DNA of 64,000 nucleotides from Vulcanimicrobiota bacterium (GCA_963812155.1 CAWETW010000003.1:128001-192000); one strand, 5' to 3'. Shown: positions 18,805 to 29,662, counted from the first letter of the stretch. Program-made: numbers and translations. Notes: generated by a model not told the origin, from the sequence alone.

Positions 18805-20578
18805 GATGCCGTCTCCGGAAACGCGCCGGCGAGTTTGCGTGCCGACGCGATGGCGTTGGCGGCCGTCTGCCCGAGCCCGCAGATCGAGGCGTCGCGCATC
18901 ACGCGCGTAACGTCGTCGAGTAGCGTGAGGTCGATGACGTCGAGCGCTTCTTCTTGGCGGACGGTGCCGACCCGGCACGGCACGCACTGCCCGCAGGATT
19001 CGTCGCGAAAGAAACGTGCGATGCGCTGCAGCAGCGGCATCAGTGCGGTCGAGCGGTCGAACACCGCGACGACGCCGGAGCCGAGCGTCGCTCCCGCGGC
19101 GCGCGCGCCTTCGAACGACAGCGGCATCGAAAGCGCGTCGCCGGCGACGAAGCCGCCCGCCGCACCGCCCATGAGAATCGCCGCGATCGAATCGGCGGGC
19201 GGCGCGCCGGCGAGCTCGAGAAGCGTGCCCAGCGCGGTTCCGTGTTCCACCTCGTACACGCCCGGACGTCGTACGCTGGCCCCCGAGACGCAGAAGAGCC
19301 GCGTTCCCGTCGAATCGGGCGTTCCCAGCCGCGCGTACGCGGCGCCGCCCTCGAGCACGATATGCGGAAGGTTTGCGAGCGTTTCGACGTTGTTGATGAG
19401 CGTCGGCTTGCCGAAGAGTCCGCTCTCGACCGGAAACGGCGGTTTGCTGCGCGGCTCGCCGCGTTTGCCTTCGATGGAGTTGAAGAGCGCGGTCTCCTCG
19501 CCGCAAATATAGGCGCCCGCGCCGCGGCGGATCTCGACGTCGAACGCGAAGCCGGCACCCATCACGTCGTTGCCGAGCAGCCCGTCGCTGCGCGCCGCCG
19601 CGATCGCATTGCCGAGCCGCCGTGCGGCCAACGGATATTCCCCGCGCACGTAAATGAAGCCGCGTTCGCAGCCGGCCGCGTACGCGGCGATCGTCATCGC
19701 CTCGATGACGGCGAACGGATCGTGCTCCATCAGCACGCGATCCTTGAACGTGCCCGGTTCGGATTCGTCGGCGTTGCAGACGACGTAGTGCGGCTGTTGC
19801 GGCAGCCGTCGCAACCGCCTGCATTTTTCTTCCGGCGGGAAACGCCGCGCCTCCGCGCCCGAGCAGGTTCGACGCAACGACCTCTTCGACGACGCGTTCG
19901 CGCCCGAGTTCCAACGCGCGCGCCAGCGCGCGATAGCCGTCGTGCGCGCGATACGCGGCAAGGCGCTCGGGATCGACGCGACCGACGCGGCGCAGCAAGC
20001 GCAGGGGCGATCCGCCGGCGCGCGGCGGCGGCTCGTCGCCATCGCCCGCGAGCGGATTCGAAAGCAGGCTGCGCGCGTCGTCGACCTGCAGCGGCGCGAT
20101 CTGACGCTCGACCGGCGCTTCGCCGGCTACGCACAGCAGCGCCGCCGGCGCCCGATCGCACAATCCGAGGCACGGGCTGCGCTGCCACGTGGCGCGACCG
20201 TCCGGCGTCACCGCGCCGGACGGTCCGCACAGCGATTCCAGCGCGTCGCAAATCTCCGCCGCGCCGCCGTTCGCGCAGACGACGTCGTCGCAGACGTGCA
20301 GCACCGCCGGTGGACGCGGTGTCGTCGAGAACATCGCGTAAAAGGTCGCGACGCCGTATGCGTCGGCCGGAGGTACGGCGAGGCGCTCGCAGGCGTAGTT
20401 CAACGCGCCGCCGCTGATCCAACCGACGCGTGCGTTGATGGCATGCAACACCGGGAGCAAGAGATGCCGCCGTTGCCGTGCCGCCGCGCCCGATTCATCG
20501 TCCGGTGCGCCGAGGACGCGATCGACCGCCGCACGCTCTTCGGGCGTCGCGACCGCGCCGCGTAAAATGCAGATCCAC
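18801..20578 (-). CDS. NuoE/NuoF-like diaphorase subunit fusion (frameshifts near 19810 and 20560)
   Basis: NuoE part: YGVATFY, VCDDVVC, CLGLC. NuoF part: GRGGAAFP, CNADESEPGTFKD, GAGAYICGEETAL, ESCGQCVPCR, SICGLG. Confidence 0.85.
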
Positions 20579-20589
20579 GGCGATGCCCG

Positions 20590-22482
20590 CTACGAAATCC
20601 GTTCGAGGCGCACGGCCGCGGCCTTGAACTCGGCCGTCCCCGACTTCGGATCGACGGCGTCGATGGTGAGCAAATTGGTGGCGACCTCGTCGTTGAAGTG
20701 CGGCGTCATGAAGACGAGACCGGCCCGCAGGCCGTCGTCGATGCGCACCGGCGCGTCACCGATCCGCGCCGCGAACTCACGCGCACGCGCTCGTCCCTCG
20801 CGCACGCCGTAGCGCGCCGCGTCGGCCGGCGAGATGTCGAGCGTTTCGCCGCGCCGCAGCGGCGATGCGTATCCGCCGCTCTGCACGCCGGTGTTGAACG
20901 AGTCCAAGCCGCCGGCCGGTCGTCAGCCGTAACGGAAACTCGTCGTCGAGCGCTTCGACCGGCGGATCGTGATCGACCGACTGCAAACGGCGCGTGCGGC
21001 CGCGATCGGATCCTGCCAAAGGCGCTCGTGCAAGAATGAGTTCGCCCGGGTGCGTCTCGTCGTAGCACGGCCATTGAATGCCGTCGAGTTCCTCGAGCCG
21101 CGCGTAGCTCATGCCCGCGTGCCACGGCGAAAGCGAGCGGCACTCGTCCCAGATGGCCTCCGCGACGGCGTCGCCCCAGTCGTGCCCCAGACGGCGCGCG
21201 AGTTCGAACAGAATCGCGAGTCTTCGCGCGCTTCGCCCGGCGGTTCGAGGGCCTTGCGCACGCGCTGCACGCGCCGCTCGCTGTTCGTCACCGTGCCTTC
21301 GCTTTCGCACCAGCTCGACGCCGCCGGTAAGACGACGTCGGCCATTTCGCCGGTCTTCGTAAGAAAGATATCCTGTACGATCAGCGTTCGCAGGCCGCGC
21401 AGCAGCGCGATCGCTCGATGCTGATCGGCCTCCGACTGCGCCGGATTTTCACCGAGATGTAGAGCGTATCGAGTTCTCTGCGTTCGATGGCCTCGAACAT
21501 CTGCGTGAGGTTCCATCCCGCCGTGGGCGGCAGCCAGCTGCTCCACGCGCGCTCGAACTTCTCTCGCACGTGCGCGATCGTCGACGAACTGTCCGCCGGG
21601 ATAGCTGTCGGGTAATCGCGCCCATGTCGCCGCCGCCCTGCACGTTGTTTTGTCCGCGCAGCGGACAGACGCCCGATCCATAGCGGCCGACGTGACCGGT
21701 CAAGAGCGCAGAGGTTGATGAGCGCGCGGACGTTGTCGACCGCGTTGTGGTGCTCGGTGATGCCGAGCGTCCAGCAGAGTTGCGCGCTGGGCGCGCTCGC
21801 GTACGCGTGCGCCAGCTCCGCGATGCGCTCGCGCGGGACGCCGGTCGTCTTCTCCGCGTACTCGAGCGTGTAGGGCTCGTACGTGGGCGGCGTAGTGCTC
21901 GAAGCCGCTGGTCGCGCGTTCGATGAACGCGCGATTCTCCAGACCGGCGGCGAGAATCTCGCGCCCGACGGCGTTCGCCAGTGCAATGTCGGAACCGACG
22001 TCGAGCCCGAGCCATCCGTCCGCCCAGCGCGCCGAACTCGTCCGGCGCGGATCGACGACGTAGAGTTTCGCGCCGTTGTGGATGCCCTTGAGGACGTGAT
22101 GAAAGTAGATCGGATGCGTTTCGCGCGCATTCGATCCCCAGAGGACGATGACGCCGGTGCGTTCAGCTTCTTCGTAGGAGCTGGTGCCGCCGCCCGCGCC
22201 GAAGACCGTCGTCAGACCGACGACGCTCGGAGCGTGTCACGTTCGGTTGCAGCTGTCGACGTTGTTGCTGCCGACGGCGACGCGTGCGAACTTCTGAGCC
22301 ACGAAGTTCACTTCGTTGGTCGCCTTCGAACAGCTGAACATGCCGAAAGTGCGCGTCGCGTCGCGCTCGCGCGCGTCGTACAACGCCGCCGCGGCGCGAT
22401 CGAGCGCCTCGTCCCACGTTGCCCGGCGCAGCGAGTCGCCGTCGCGCACCAGCGGATGCGTCAGCCGCCGGTATCGTTTCAT
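20590..22482 (-). CDS. Mo/W formate dehydrogenase catalytic subunit, selenocysteine-containing (in-frame TGA at 22237-22239; several later frameshifts)
   Basis: [89 protein letters not shown]. Confidence 0.88.
22207..22239 (-). promoter_or_regulatory. UGA plus bacterial SECIS element of the FDH alpha subunit
   Basis: TGA-CACGCTCCGAG-CGTCGTC-GGTCT-GACGACG: 7-bp stem with GG starting 18 nt after the UGA. Confidence 0.85.
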
Positions 22483-22510
22483 GACGGACGGTTTCCGGAC
22501 GAAGGCTGCG

Positions 22511-23245
22511 TTACCTCGCGCTGCCGCGACGGCGCCGCACGCCGCAGCACCAGCACGGCGATCGCCGCCAGCGCCGCGTATGCCGCGGCGATCGCAAACA
22601 GCGTCGCGTCGCCCCGCGAACCACGCGACGCCCAACGCCTTCGCCAAACCAAAATGTGCCGACCGATGCGAGCATCACGCCGACCAATGCCTTCATGGCA
22701 TTCTCCGGTACGCGCGCGAACGGCTTGTGCAGGACGATCGCCGCCGCCGTAACCGCCGCGAATGCGGCCGCGGCGCCGGCTGCCGACCACGAGAGCGCGC
22801 GCGAGGCTCGCCGAGCCGAACGTGACCACGATGACGGCGACCTCGAGACCTTCGACGAAGACGCCTTGAAATGCGACCGCCAGACCGGCGCGCGCTTCGC
22901 CGTCGTGCAAACGCGCGATTTCGCGTTCGAAGACGGCGCGCTCGTCGCGCATTCGCAGGCGTCCGGCATACCGCAACACGGCTTTGCGCAGCCAGACGAA
23001 TCCGAAGAGCGACGAGGAACGGTCCGGCGACCAGTTGGATCCTCTGCTAACGCCGAAGCGTTGGCCAGCAGCGGGCCGAAGAGCGCGATGATGACCGCCA
23101 GCGCGCCGCCGGCCAGCGCCGCACCGGTTAATGCGGCGCGCCAGCCCTGAGCGTATCCCACGGCGAGCACGATCGTGGCCGCTTCGACGCACTCCACCGC
23201 CGATGCCAGGAACGCCGTTCCGCCGAGAACCCAGCCGTGCATCAT
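22511..23245 (-). CDS. COG4280-like membrane protein (frameshifted)
   Basis: AFLASAVECVEAATIVLAVG, FQGVFVEGLEVAVIV, ARVPENAMK spread across frames; TAGGAT 6 nt before the ATG. Confidence 0.75.
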   Translation of the reverse strand: MMHGWVLGGTAFLASAVECVEAATIVLAVGYAQGWRAALTGAALAGGALAVIIALFGPLLANASALAEDPTGRRTVPRRSSDSSGCAKPCCGMPDACECATSAPSSNAKSRVCTTAKRAPVWRSHFKASSSKVSRSPSSWSRSARRASRALSWSAAGAAAAFAAVTAAAIVLHKPFARVPENAMKALVGVMLASVGTFWFGEGVGRRVVRGATRRCLRSPRHTRRWRRSPCWCCGVRRRRGSAR

Positions 23246-23359
23246 CACGTCATCCTACCCCGGCGCAGGCGGGTGCGCCAAATCGCAGGTCCTGCGAAGG
23301 AAGCGGAGCCTTCCTCACCGCACCTATCGAGCCCGGACATCCCGCAGGAGGAGCCTATC

Positions 23360-24331
23360 GTGGATCTTTCGTCGACGATCGTATACGCGGGCGGCGATTT
23401 CGTCCGCTACGACGAGGCCAAGGTCGGGCCTGCTCACGCACGGCCTCCAATACGGCACCGGATGTTTCGAAGGCATTCGCGGCTATTGGGCTCCGGACGA
23501 AGACGAACTCTTTCTGATTCTAGTGCGCGATCACTACGAGCGCCTGATCACCTCGGCAAAGATTCTGACGATGACGGTTCCGTACACGCGTCGACGAACT
23601 CATCGACATCACGCTCGAACTCTGCCGGCGCAACCACTTCGCGCACCGACGTCTACATCCGTCCCTTCATGTATAAAGCCGCCGAAGACATCGGCGTGCG
23701 CCTGCACGACGTGCCCGACGCATTCGCGATCGTGCCGGTTCCGTTCACCGCGTACCTCGACACGTCGCACAGGGCTTGAGCGTCTGCGTGAGTTCGTGGC
23801 GCCGCGCCGACGACACGATGGCGCCGCCGCGCGCCAAGATCACCGGACTCTACGTCAACTCGGCGCTGGCAAAAAGCGAAGCGGTCGAAAACGGCTACGA
23901 CGAAGCGATTCTGCTCTCGCACGACGGTCACGTCGCCGAAGGTTCGGCGGAGAACGTCTTCCTCGTGCGCCGCGGCGTGCTCTACACGCCGGATCCGTCG
24001 CAGAACGTGCTCGAAGGCTGCACGCGCCGCGCGATCATGGACATCGCGCGCGACGAGTTCGGGCTGCAGGTCGTCGAGCGTTCGATCGATCGCGGCGAGC
24101 TCTACTCGTGCCGAGGAAGCGTTCTTCACCGGTACCGCCGCCGGCGTCGCGTACATCGCGGCGATCGACCGCCGCTCCGTCGGCGACGGCAACATCGGTC
24201 CGATCACCAAGAGTCTAGGCGAGTTCTACGGGCGCGTGGTGAGCGGCCGCGAGCCGCGCTACGAACACTGGATCACGCGCGCCTACGCGCCGTCGCAGTT
24301 GACCGTACCGCTCTCGCCGGCGCGCGCTTAG
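23360..24331 (+). CDS. ilvE: Branched-chain amino acid aminotransferase (multiple frameshifts)
   Basis: AGGAGG SD; HGLQYGTGCFEGIRGY, YIRP, AKITGLYVNS, AEGSAENVF, LEGCTR, FFTGTAA across frames. Confidence 0.88.
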
Positions 24332-25335
24332 GGGCCGCCTCCGGCGCCTCCGACGAGCGAGCCCTCCGGCTGGCTCGCGCCGCTCCAATAGCGGACGTCG
24401 GGCGAGGTCGAGCCGGGTTCGCCGGAAATCGCGGGAAACGTCAGGCCGCTGGCTTTGCGCCAGCGCGCGAGCCGCACTTCGTCGGCGTATGCGATCCGTG
24501 AAATCGAGTGGATGAACGTGCGGCCGAGATCCTGCGAGGGCAGTGCGGTCGTCATCACCGCGATGACGTAGGGCGCGTCCGAAGCGTAGACGATGCCCGC
24601 GTCGTTGAGCGTATCGAAGAACGAGCCGGTTTTGTGAGCGATGGGCACGTCGTCGGGTAACGGCTCGGGAATGAGCGTGTTGTATTGGTCCTGCTCGAGG
24701 ATCGAGATCATCTCGTTCGAGGACCACTCGTCGATGAGGCGCCGCTGCGCCATCAACGTGAGCAGCCGCACGAGATCGGACGGCGACGTGCGCAGTTCGC
24801 GGCGCACGCTCCAGCCGGTCGTCCGGATATCGTCGCGCAAATGCGTGCGCGCGAGGCCCAAGCCGGCCATCGAATGATTGATGTTGCGACGCCCGACGAG
24901 CCGGATCAGCATGTTCGTCGCGGTGTTGTCGCTGATGTCGATCATCTTCTCGAGCAACTCCGACACCGCGTACGACGTGCCGGCGGGCGCGTCGCAGAGT
25001 TCTCCCGATCCCCAGTCCTTGTCGGAAGTGCGCAGCACCACGCGCTTCTGCAAATCGAAGCGTCCGGTTTCGAGTTGACGGAAAACCTCGACCATCACCG
25101 GAATCTTGATCGTCGACGCGGCCGGCATGCTCGCGCTTGCATTGAGACCGGTGTGATATCCGGTGCTCAAATCGAAAACTTCGAGCGCGGCCGGCGCCGC
25201 AAGATGCGCGGCCAATTTTCCGGCTTCGCGATGAAGCTGTGCGAGCGGGGCGGGGAGGTCGGCGGAAGCGGGGGCGATCGTGGTGACGAGGGCGAGAACG
25301 GCAACCGCGGCAGCGGCTGCAACGTAACGCTGCAT
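24328..25335 (-). CDS. Class A beta-lactamase-related serine hydrolase (exported)
   Basis: Signal peptide; ASTIK (SxxK), SDNTATN, HKTG. Confidence 0.88.
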   Translation of the reverse strand: MQRYVAAAAAVAVLALVTTIAPASADLPAPLAQLHREAGKLAAHLAAPAALEVFDLSTGYHTGLNASASMPAASTIKIPVMVEVFRQLETGRFDLQKRVVLRTSDKDWGSGELCDAPAGTSYAVSELLEKMIDISDNTATNMLIRLVGRRNINHSMAGLGLARTHLRDDIRTTGWSVRRELRTSPSDLVRLLTLMAQRRLIDEWSSNEMISILEQDQYNTLIPEPLPDDVPIAHKTGSFFDTLNDAGIVYASDAPYVIAVMTTALPSQDLGRTFIHSISRIAYADEVRLARWRKASGLTFPAISGEPGSTSPDVRYWSGASQPEGSLVGGAGGGP

Positions 25336-25408
25336 CCGAGCGCGATTGCCGTATCCGCAGCGACCTTCCTGCCGGGTTTGGGTTGCGCTCCGCCGAACGC
25401 GCGGCCAA

Positions 25409-25873
25409 ATGACGGAACGCGATCTTCACGCCGGGCCGCCGAGGCGTTGGAGCGAGGAAATCGACGGCATTTGCTGGCTTCCTCGCTTGATCGACAAGAC
25501 GCGTGCGGCGCTTGCCGGCACGCTCGGCGACTATCTCTTCGGGCAAAGTCCGATGGATCGCGCGCTGTTGCGAGCGCTTGGCTTGAGCCATCGTGAGTTC
25601 GCCGCCATCGTGCGCGCGGCGCCCAGCGACGATGCGGTGCTGCCGGCCGTCGTCGCGCGCGATCCGCAAGCGCGGTCGCGCGCGCGAGCGTGGAGCGCGG
25701 CGATGCCGGCGCGCAACCGGTTGTTCCTCTGGCTGCTCGACGTTGACGACGGCTATCGTGCGAGCGTGCTCGTCGCGCCGGTCAAATGCGGCGCGCGCGC
25801 GATATCGCGCACCGTGAAATGGTTGTGGCCATCGCGTGCGGCCGAATCGCCCGCCGACGCACCGGCGCGATGA
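25409..25873 (+). CDS. DUF5069-like protein
   Basis: GICWLPRLIDKTRA...GDY...MD...L.LS..EF pattern. Confidence 0.6.
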   Translation: MTERDLHAGPPRRWSEEIDGICWLPRLIDKTRAALAGTLGDYLFGQSPMDRALLRALGLSHREFAAIVRAAPSDDAVLPAVVARDPQARSRARAWSAAMPARNRLFLWLLDVDDGYRASVLVAPVKCGARAISRTVKWLWPSRAAESPADAPAR

Positions 25874-26970
25874 TTCCGCTGCGCCGCAATCCGTGGGGAT
25901 GGGCGACCGACCGCCGTTTAACGCTGGCCATCAAGTTCGTCGGCCTGCTCGTGCTCGCATGGATCGCGTGCTCGTTCGTCTTCGGTTTCCTGGCGCGCAT
26001 CCGGACCGTCGTGTACATGCTCATCGGCGCGATTTTTCTGGCGTACCTCATCTATCCCGCGGTGAGGCGCCTGCGTACGCGCATGCCGCTTGCGGCGGCG
26101 ATCCTCGTGGTCTACGCCGCGATTCTGGCCGCAATCGTCGCGATCGGATGGTTCGTCGTCCCGCATCTCGCCGACGACGTCAGCGCGTTCGTGCAGCACT
26201 ATCCCGAACTGCTCGGGCGCGTCAACAGCTTTCTCTACGATCCCAACGATCGGCTGACGTCGCATCTGCCGTTGTGGATGCGCGATGCGATCGCGCGCAT
26301 TCCCGCCGAGGTCGCGCTTTGGGTGAAGACGCGCGGCGTCCAAAGTGCGGGCCACGCGGTGCTGCTGCTCGCGGGCGGATTTGCGGCGGTCGCGACGTTC
26401 GTCATCGTCCCGTTGATGACGGCCTATCTGCTGCTCGATCTCGAACATCTGCGCGACGGCTTTTCCAAGATGATTCCGCCGCGCCGCTGGCGCGCGACGC
26501 TGCACTTTCTCTCCGACGTCGACAAGGTGGTCGGCGGATTTATCCGCGGGCAGCTGCTCGTTGCGCTCTCGGTCGGCGTGCTCGTCGCCATTGCGCTGCT
26601 CGTCCTGCACGTCCGTTATGCCTTCTTCCTCGGAGCAATCGCGGCGATCGGCGATTTGGTGCCGTACGTCGGCGCAATCCTCGCGTTCTTGCCTGCATTT
26701 TCGATCGCATGGGCGGGTAACGGCATCGTCAACGCGCTGCTCGTCCTGGCCGCATTCGTCGTCATCTTCCAGGCCGAGGGACACTTGCTCGCGCCCAACA
26801 TCGTCAGCAAAACCGTGCGCCTGAGCCCATTCATCGTGCTCGTCGCGCTGCTCGTGGGCGGGGATTTGGGCGGCATCTTCGGATTGCTCGTCGCGATTCC
26901 GGCCGCCGGAATACTGCGCGTCGTCGCGATGCGGGTTTTCGGCGTACCCCCCGAGAACGAGGCCGCGTGA
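25870..26970 (+). CDS. AI-2E family transporter
   Basis: [44 protein letters not shown]. Confidence 0.9.
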   Translation: MIPLRRNPWGWATDRRLTLAIKFVGLLVLAWIACSFVFGFLARIRTVVYMLIGAIFLAYLIYPAVRRLRTRMPLAAAILVVYAAILAAIVAIGWFVVPHLADDVSAFVQHYPELLGRVNSFLYDPNDRLTSHLPLWMRDAIARIPAEVALWVKTRGVQSAGHAVLLLAGGFAAVATFVIVPLMTAYLLLDLEHLRDGFSKMIPPRRWRATLHFLSDVDKVVGGFIRGQLLVALSVGVLVAIALLVLHVRYAFFLGAIAAIGDLVPYVGAILAFLPAFSIAWAGNGIVNALLVLAAFVVIFQAEGHLLAPNIVSKTVRLSPFIVLVALLVGGDLGGIFGLLVAIPAAGILRVVAMRVFGVPPENEAA

Positions 26971-27851
26971 CGACGCTTGCGACGCCCCGCCGCGTGGATA
27001 TCGTCGGCGTCCCGATGGATCTCGGCGCGAGCCGTCGCGGGGTCGACATGGGACCGTCCGCCGTGCGCTACGCGCGATTGCACGACAAACTGCAGCGCCT
27101 CGGGATCGAAACGATCGCCGATCACGGCAATCTCACCGTGCCGATTCGCGAAGCCGCATCGGCCGACGACGCGTCGGCAAAATATTTCGACGTCATTGCG
27201 AGCGTCTGCGAGCAACTCTCCGGCGTGGTCGAAGGCGCGGTGCGCGCCGGGGGTTTACCGGTGGTGCTCGGCGGCGATCATTCGATCGCGATGGGAACGC
27301 TGGCGGGGCTCGCGCGGGCCTACGAACGGCCTGCCGGCCTGGTATGGATAGACGCGCACGCCGACATCAACAGCCCGCAGAGTTCGTCGACCGGAAACGT
27401 GCACGGCATGCCGCTCTGGTTCGCGCTGAAAAACGGCATCGCGCTCGCGGGGCACACCGCCCAGATCGGACTTCGCGACGTCGATCCGGGAGAGAAGCAG
27501 ATGCTGCGTGAGTTCGGCGTGAAAGCGTTCTCGATGAGCGACGTCGATAAGCTCGGAATGCCGCGCGTCATGGAAGAAGCGATTGCGATTGCGGGCGGCG
27601 GCGACCGGCCGATCCACGTCTCGTTCGACATGGACGGTATCGATCCGAGCGAGGCGCCCGGCACGGGCACGCCCGTCAAGGGCGGATTGAGCTATCGCGA
27701 AGCGCACCTCGTGATGGAGATGCTGCACGACAGCGGCCGTCTCGGGTCGATCGAAATGGTCGAGATCAATCCCATTCTCGACCGGCGCAATCAAACGGCG
27801 GCGCTGGCGGTCGGATTGATCTGTTCGGGCCTCGGGAAATCGATTCTCTAG
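26967..27851 (+). CDS. rocF: Arginase
   Basis: [41 protein letters not shown]. Confidence 0.93.
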   Translation: MTTLATPRRVDIVGVPMDLGASRRGVDMGPSAVRYARLHDKLQRLGIETIADHGNLTVPIREAASADDASAKYFDVIASVCEQLSGVVEGAVRAGGLPVVLGGDHSIAMGTLAGLARAYERPAGLVWIDAHADINSPQSSSTGNVHGMPLWFALKNGIALAGHTAQIGLRDVDPGEKQMLREFGVKAFSMSDVDKLGMPRVMEEAIAIAGGGDRPIHVSFDMDGIDPSEAPGTGTPVKGGLSYREAHLVMEMLHDSGRLGSIEMVEINPILDRRNQTAALAVGLICSGLGKSIL

Positions 27852-27937
27852 GTTCCCTTCCCGAGCCGCTGACCGTCGTTTGTCTCGGCGCCGGCGGTCT
27901 CACGCGTGCCGGCGCACGTCGCGCGCTGGCGGAACGC

Positions 27938-28459
27938 GTGACCGCGGTCCATCCGGACGTGCTTGCGCTGAGCGAGATCGACGACGGCGACGCACTCTCG
28001 GTTGCGACGCAGTTCGGCTATCAGTGGGCGTATCGCGGCGGCCAGGCGCTCTTTTGGAACGCGCGTTTTGCCGCAGTGCGCATCGAAGAATCGTATTTGC
28101 CGGCGCCGCCGCTGCAAACGTTCGAGCGCCGCGGTCTTCTGCGCGTCGACGGACGTTGCGGCAAGCGGGAACTGACTTTGTTGACGACGCGCTTTGCATC
28201 GAATCGCGCGCGTGCCCGCGACCTGCGCCTCACGCGCAGCGTCATACGGGAGACGCGCGCGCCAAGCGTGTTATTGTTCATCGCGAATCCGTCGGTCGCT
28301 GGGAGCGCCGCGTTTCGCGATTTAGGGTTTACGGAAGCCGAAAGTTACGCTAAGGACGCACTGCTGATCGCGGCGCGTGGTTGCCCGTTGCGACCGTGCG
28401 GCGACCGTGCGAGCGCGGATGGACTCGCCGGCCAACTCGTCGCCCTGGTTACAGTTTAA
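27938..28459 (+). CDS. Hypothetical protein, degenerate endonuclease/exonuclease/phosphatase-like
   Basis: PDVLALSEID resembles the EEP PDvvaLQE motif; frame stays open upstream (LTVVCLG, CTG at 27869). Start is uncertain. Confidence 0.45.
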   Translation: MTAVHPDVLALSEIDDGDALSVATQFGYQWAYRGGQALFWNARFAAVRIEESYLPAPPLQTFERRGLLRVDGRCGKRELTLLTTRFASNRARARDLRLTRSVIRETRAPSVLLFIANPSVAGSAAFRDLGFTEAESYAKDALLIAARGCPLRPCGDRASADGLAGQLVALVTV

Positions 28460-29150
28460 TCGTCGCTTGGCCTTGGCAGGCGATGCCGCCGCCGCAAACG
28501 GCGGGATCCCAGTTCGCATCGGCGAGCAGAGACTGAATGCGCGTTTCGGTTTGCGCGTCGACGTTCGGCTGGAACTCGACGGTTTTCGTGCGGCCGTCTT
28601 CGCCGACGATCACGACGAGCGTCACGTGAACGCCGAGCGAAGCGAGTTGGCGGCGCACGCTCGGATCGAGGATCGGATCGGGTTGCCGCGCACCGAAGGG
28701 TAAGTATCCGCCGGTGTCGCGGTCTACGGTGCTCGCAACGGCGCGTGCAGCGGGCGATGCCGTGGTCTGCGGGGCCGCCTCGCCGTCGGTCGTTCCGTTG
28801 CCGGCGCGTGGCGCCGCGGCGACGACGGGCGCCGTCGATTGACGGTAGGCGGTTGCGGGGGGCGGCGACGACACTTTGTGCGTCGCATGCGCTAGTTCCA
28901 CGCGCGTCGTCTCCGAAATGACGCGCTCGGGGCTGCGGTTGGGCGCCGCGGCGCGCGGCTGCGGGCGGGGAGGCTCCCGGCGCTGGATCTCGATGTGCGC
29001 GACGTGCGTGAACGTGATCGTCTCGACCGGCGCCGCCGACGTCATCGTAAACGCGAGAGCCGGAATCAGCAACGCGGCTAGCAGGTGCACGCCGAACGAG
29101 GCGAGCAGCGCTCGTCCCATCGGGCCCCGTGAAGCGGCCGCGGTCAGCAT
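28449..29150 (-). CDS. TonB-like energy-transducer-type protein
   Basis: N-terminal TM with S..VH motif (ASFGVH), Pro/Ala-rich linker, C-terminal VIVGEDG...W.PA domain. Confidence 0.5.
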   Translation of the reverse strand: MLTAAASRGPMGRALLASFGVHLLAALLIPALAFTMTSAAPVETITFTHVAHIEIQRREPPRPQPRAAAPNRSPERVISETTRVELAHATHKVSSPPPATAYRQSTAPVVAAAPRAGNGTTDGEAAPQTTASPAARAVASTVDRDTGGYLPFGARQPDPILDPSVRRQLASLGVHVTLVVIVGEDGRTKTVEFQPNVDAQTETRIQSLLADANWDPAVCGGGIACQGQATIKL

Positions 29151-29242
29151 CGGATTCTCCCCTTCGTTCCAACGAGCGGCCGGCCCCGCGCGTGACGGAG
29201 CCGGCCGTGGGGCCGTGTGAATCGAGGCGGATCGAGGCGGAA

Positions 29243-29605
29243 CTAGTTTCGGAGAATCACGCGATTGACGACGAACGTGCCGTAGCTGTAGTAGCCGACC
29301 AGTGCGACGCTCTCGCCCGGATTGGGCGTAGCGCCCTCCGGATAGATGCGCGTTCCGTTCTTCAGATCGACGGTCTGGACGACGCCGTTACGGCGTTGTA
29401 CGGTCAGCCGGTAGGGTGCGAAGTTCGTAACGACGCCCAACATCACGTGGTGCTTGTCGTATTTGGCGGCGTTCCAATCCGGTTGCCACGTCGTGTACGT
29501 CGGATAGCCATACATTTGCGCGAAGGCCGGAGCCGTCATCGAGAATGCTGCGAACAAGAATGCGAGCGCGATGCCCGCGGTGGAGAGATGGTTACGTTGC
29601 ATCAT
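29243..29605 (-). CDS. Hypothetical secreted protein
   Basis: Signal peptide ending AFA; small beta-rich (OB-like) mature domain. Confidence 0.65.
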   Translation of the reverse strand: MMQRNHLSTAGIALAFLFAAFSMTAPAFAQMYGYPTYTTWQPDWNAAKYDKHHVMLGVVTNFAPYRLTVQRRNGVVQTVDLKNGTRIYPEGATPNPGESVALVGYYSYGTFVVNRVILRN

Positions 29606-29614
29606 GGCTGTGGG

Positions 29615-29641
29615 TTACCCGCACGGTTTCCCCAGCTAAAC
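29615..29641 (-). promoter_or_regulatory. SigB/SigF-like promoter GTTTAG-N15-GGGTAA
   Basis: Matches GTTT-N-GGGTA with a 15-nt spacer; ends 9 nt before the ATG at 29605. Confidence 0.5.
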
Positions 29642-29662
29642 GAAAAGTACGATTAAAGCAGA

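Noticed and set aside
17905..20460. 851-aa ORF as a NuoE-to-Fe-S fusion protein
   Set aside because: The middle is an off-frame reading of NuoF created by an indel near 19810; the Fe-S gene has its own GTG at 18804.
23283..23297. Hairpin with GGTC apex resembling the SECIS elements
   Set aside because: No TGA 18 nt upstream and it lies in an intergenic leader; kept only as part of the three-way-junction candidate.
24328..25335. Antibiotic-resistance beta-lactamase
   Set aside because: It has SxxK, SDN and KTG but no recognisable omega-loop ExxLN motif, so it is better called a related serine hydrolase.
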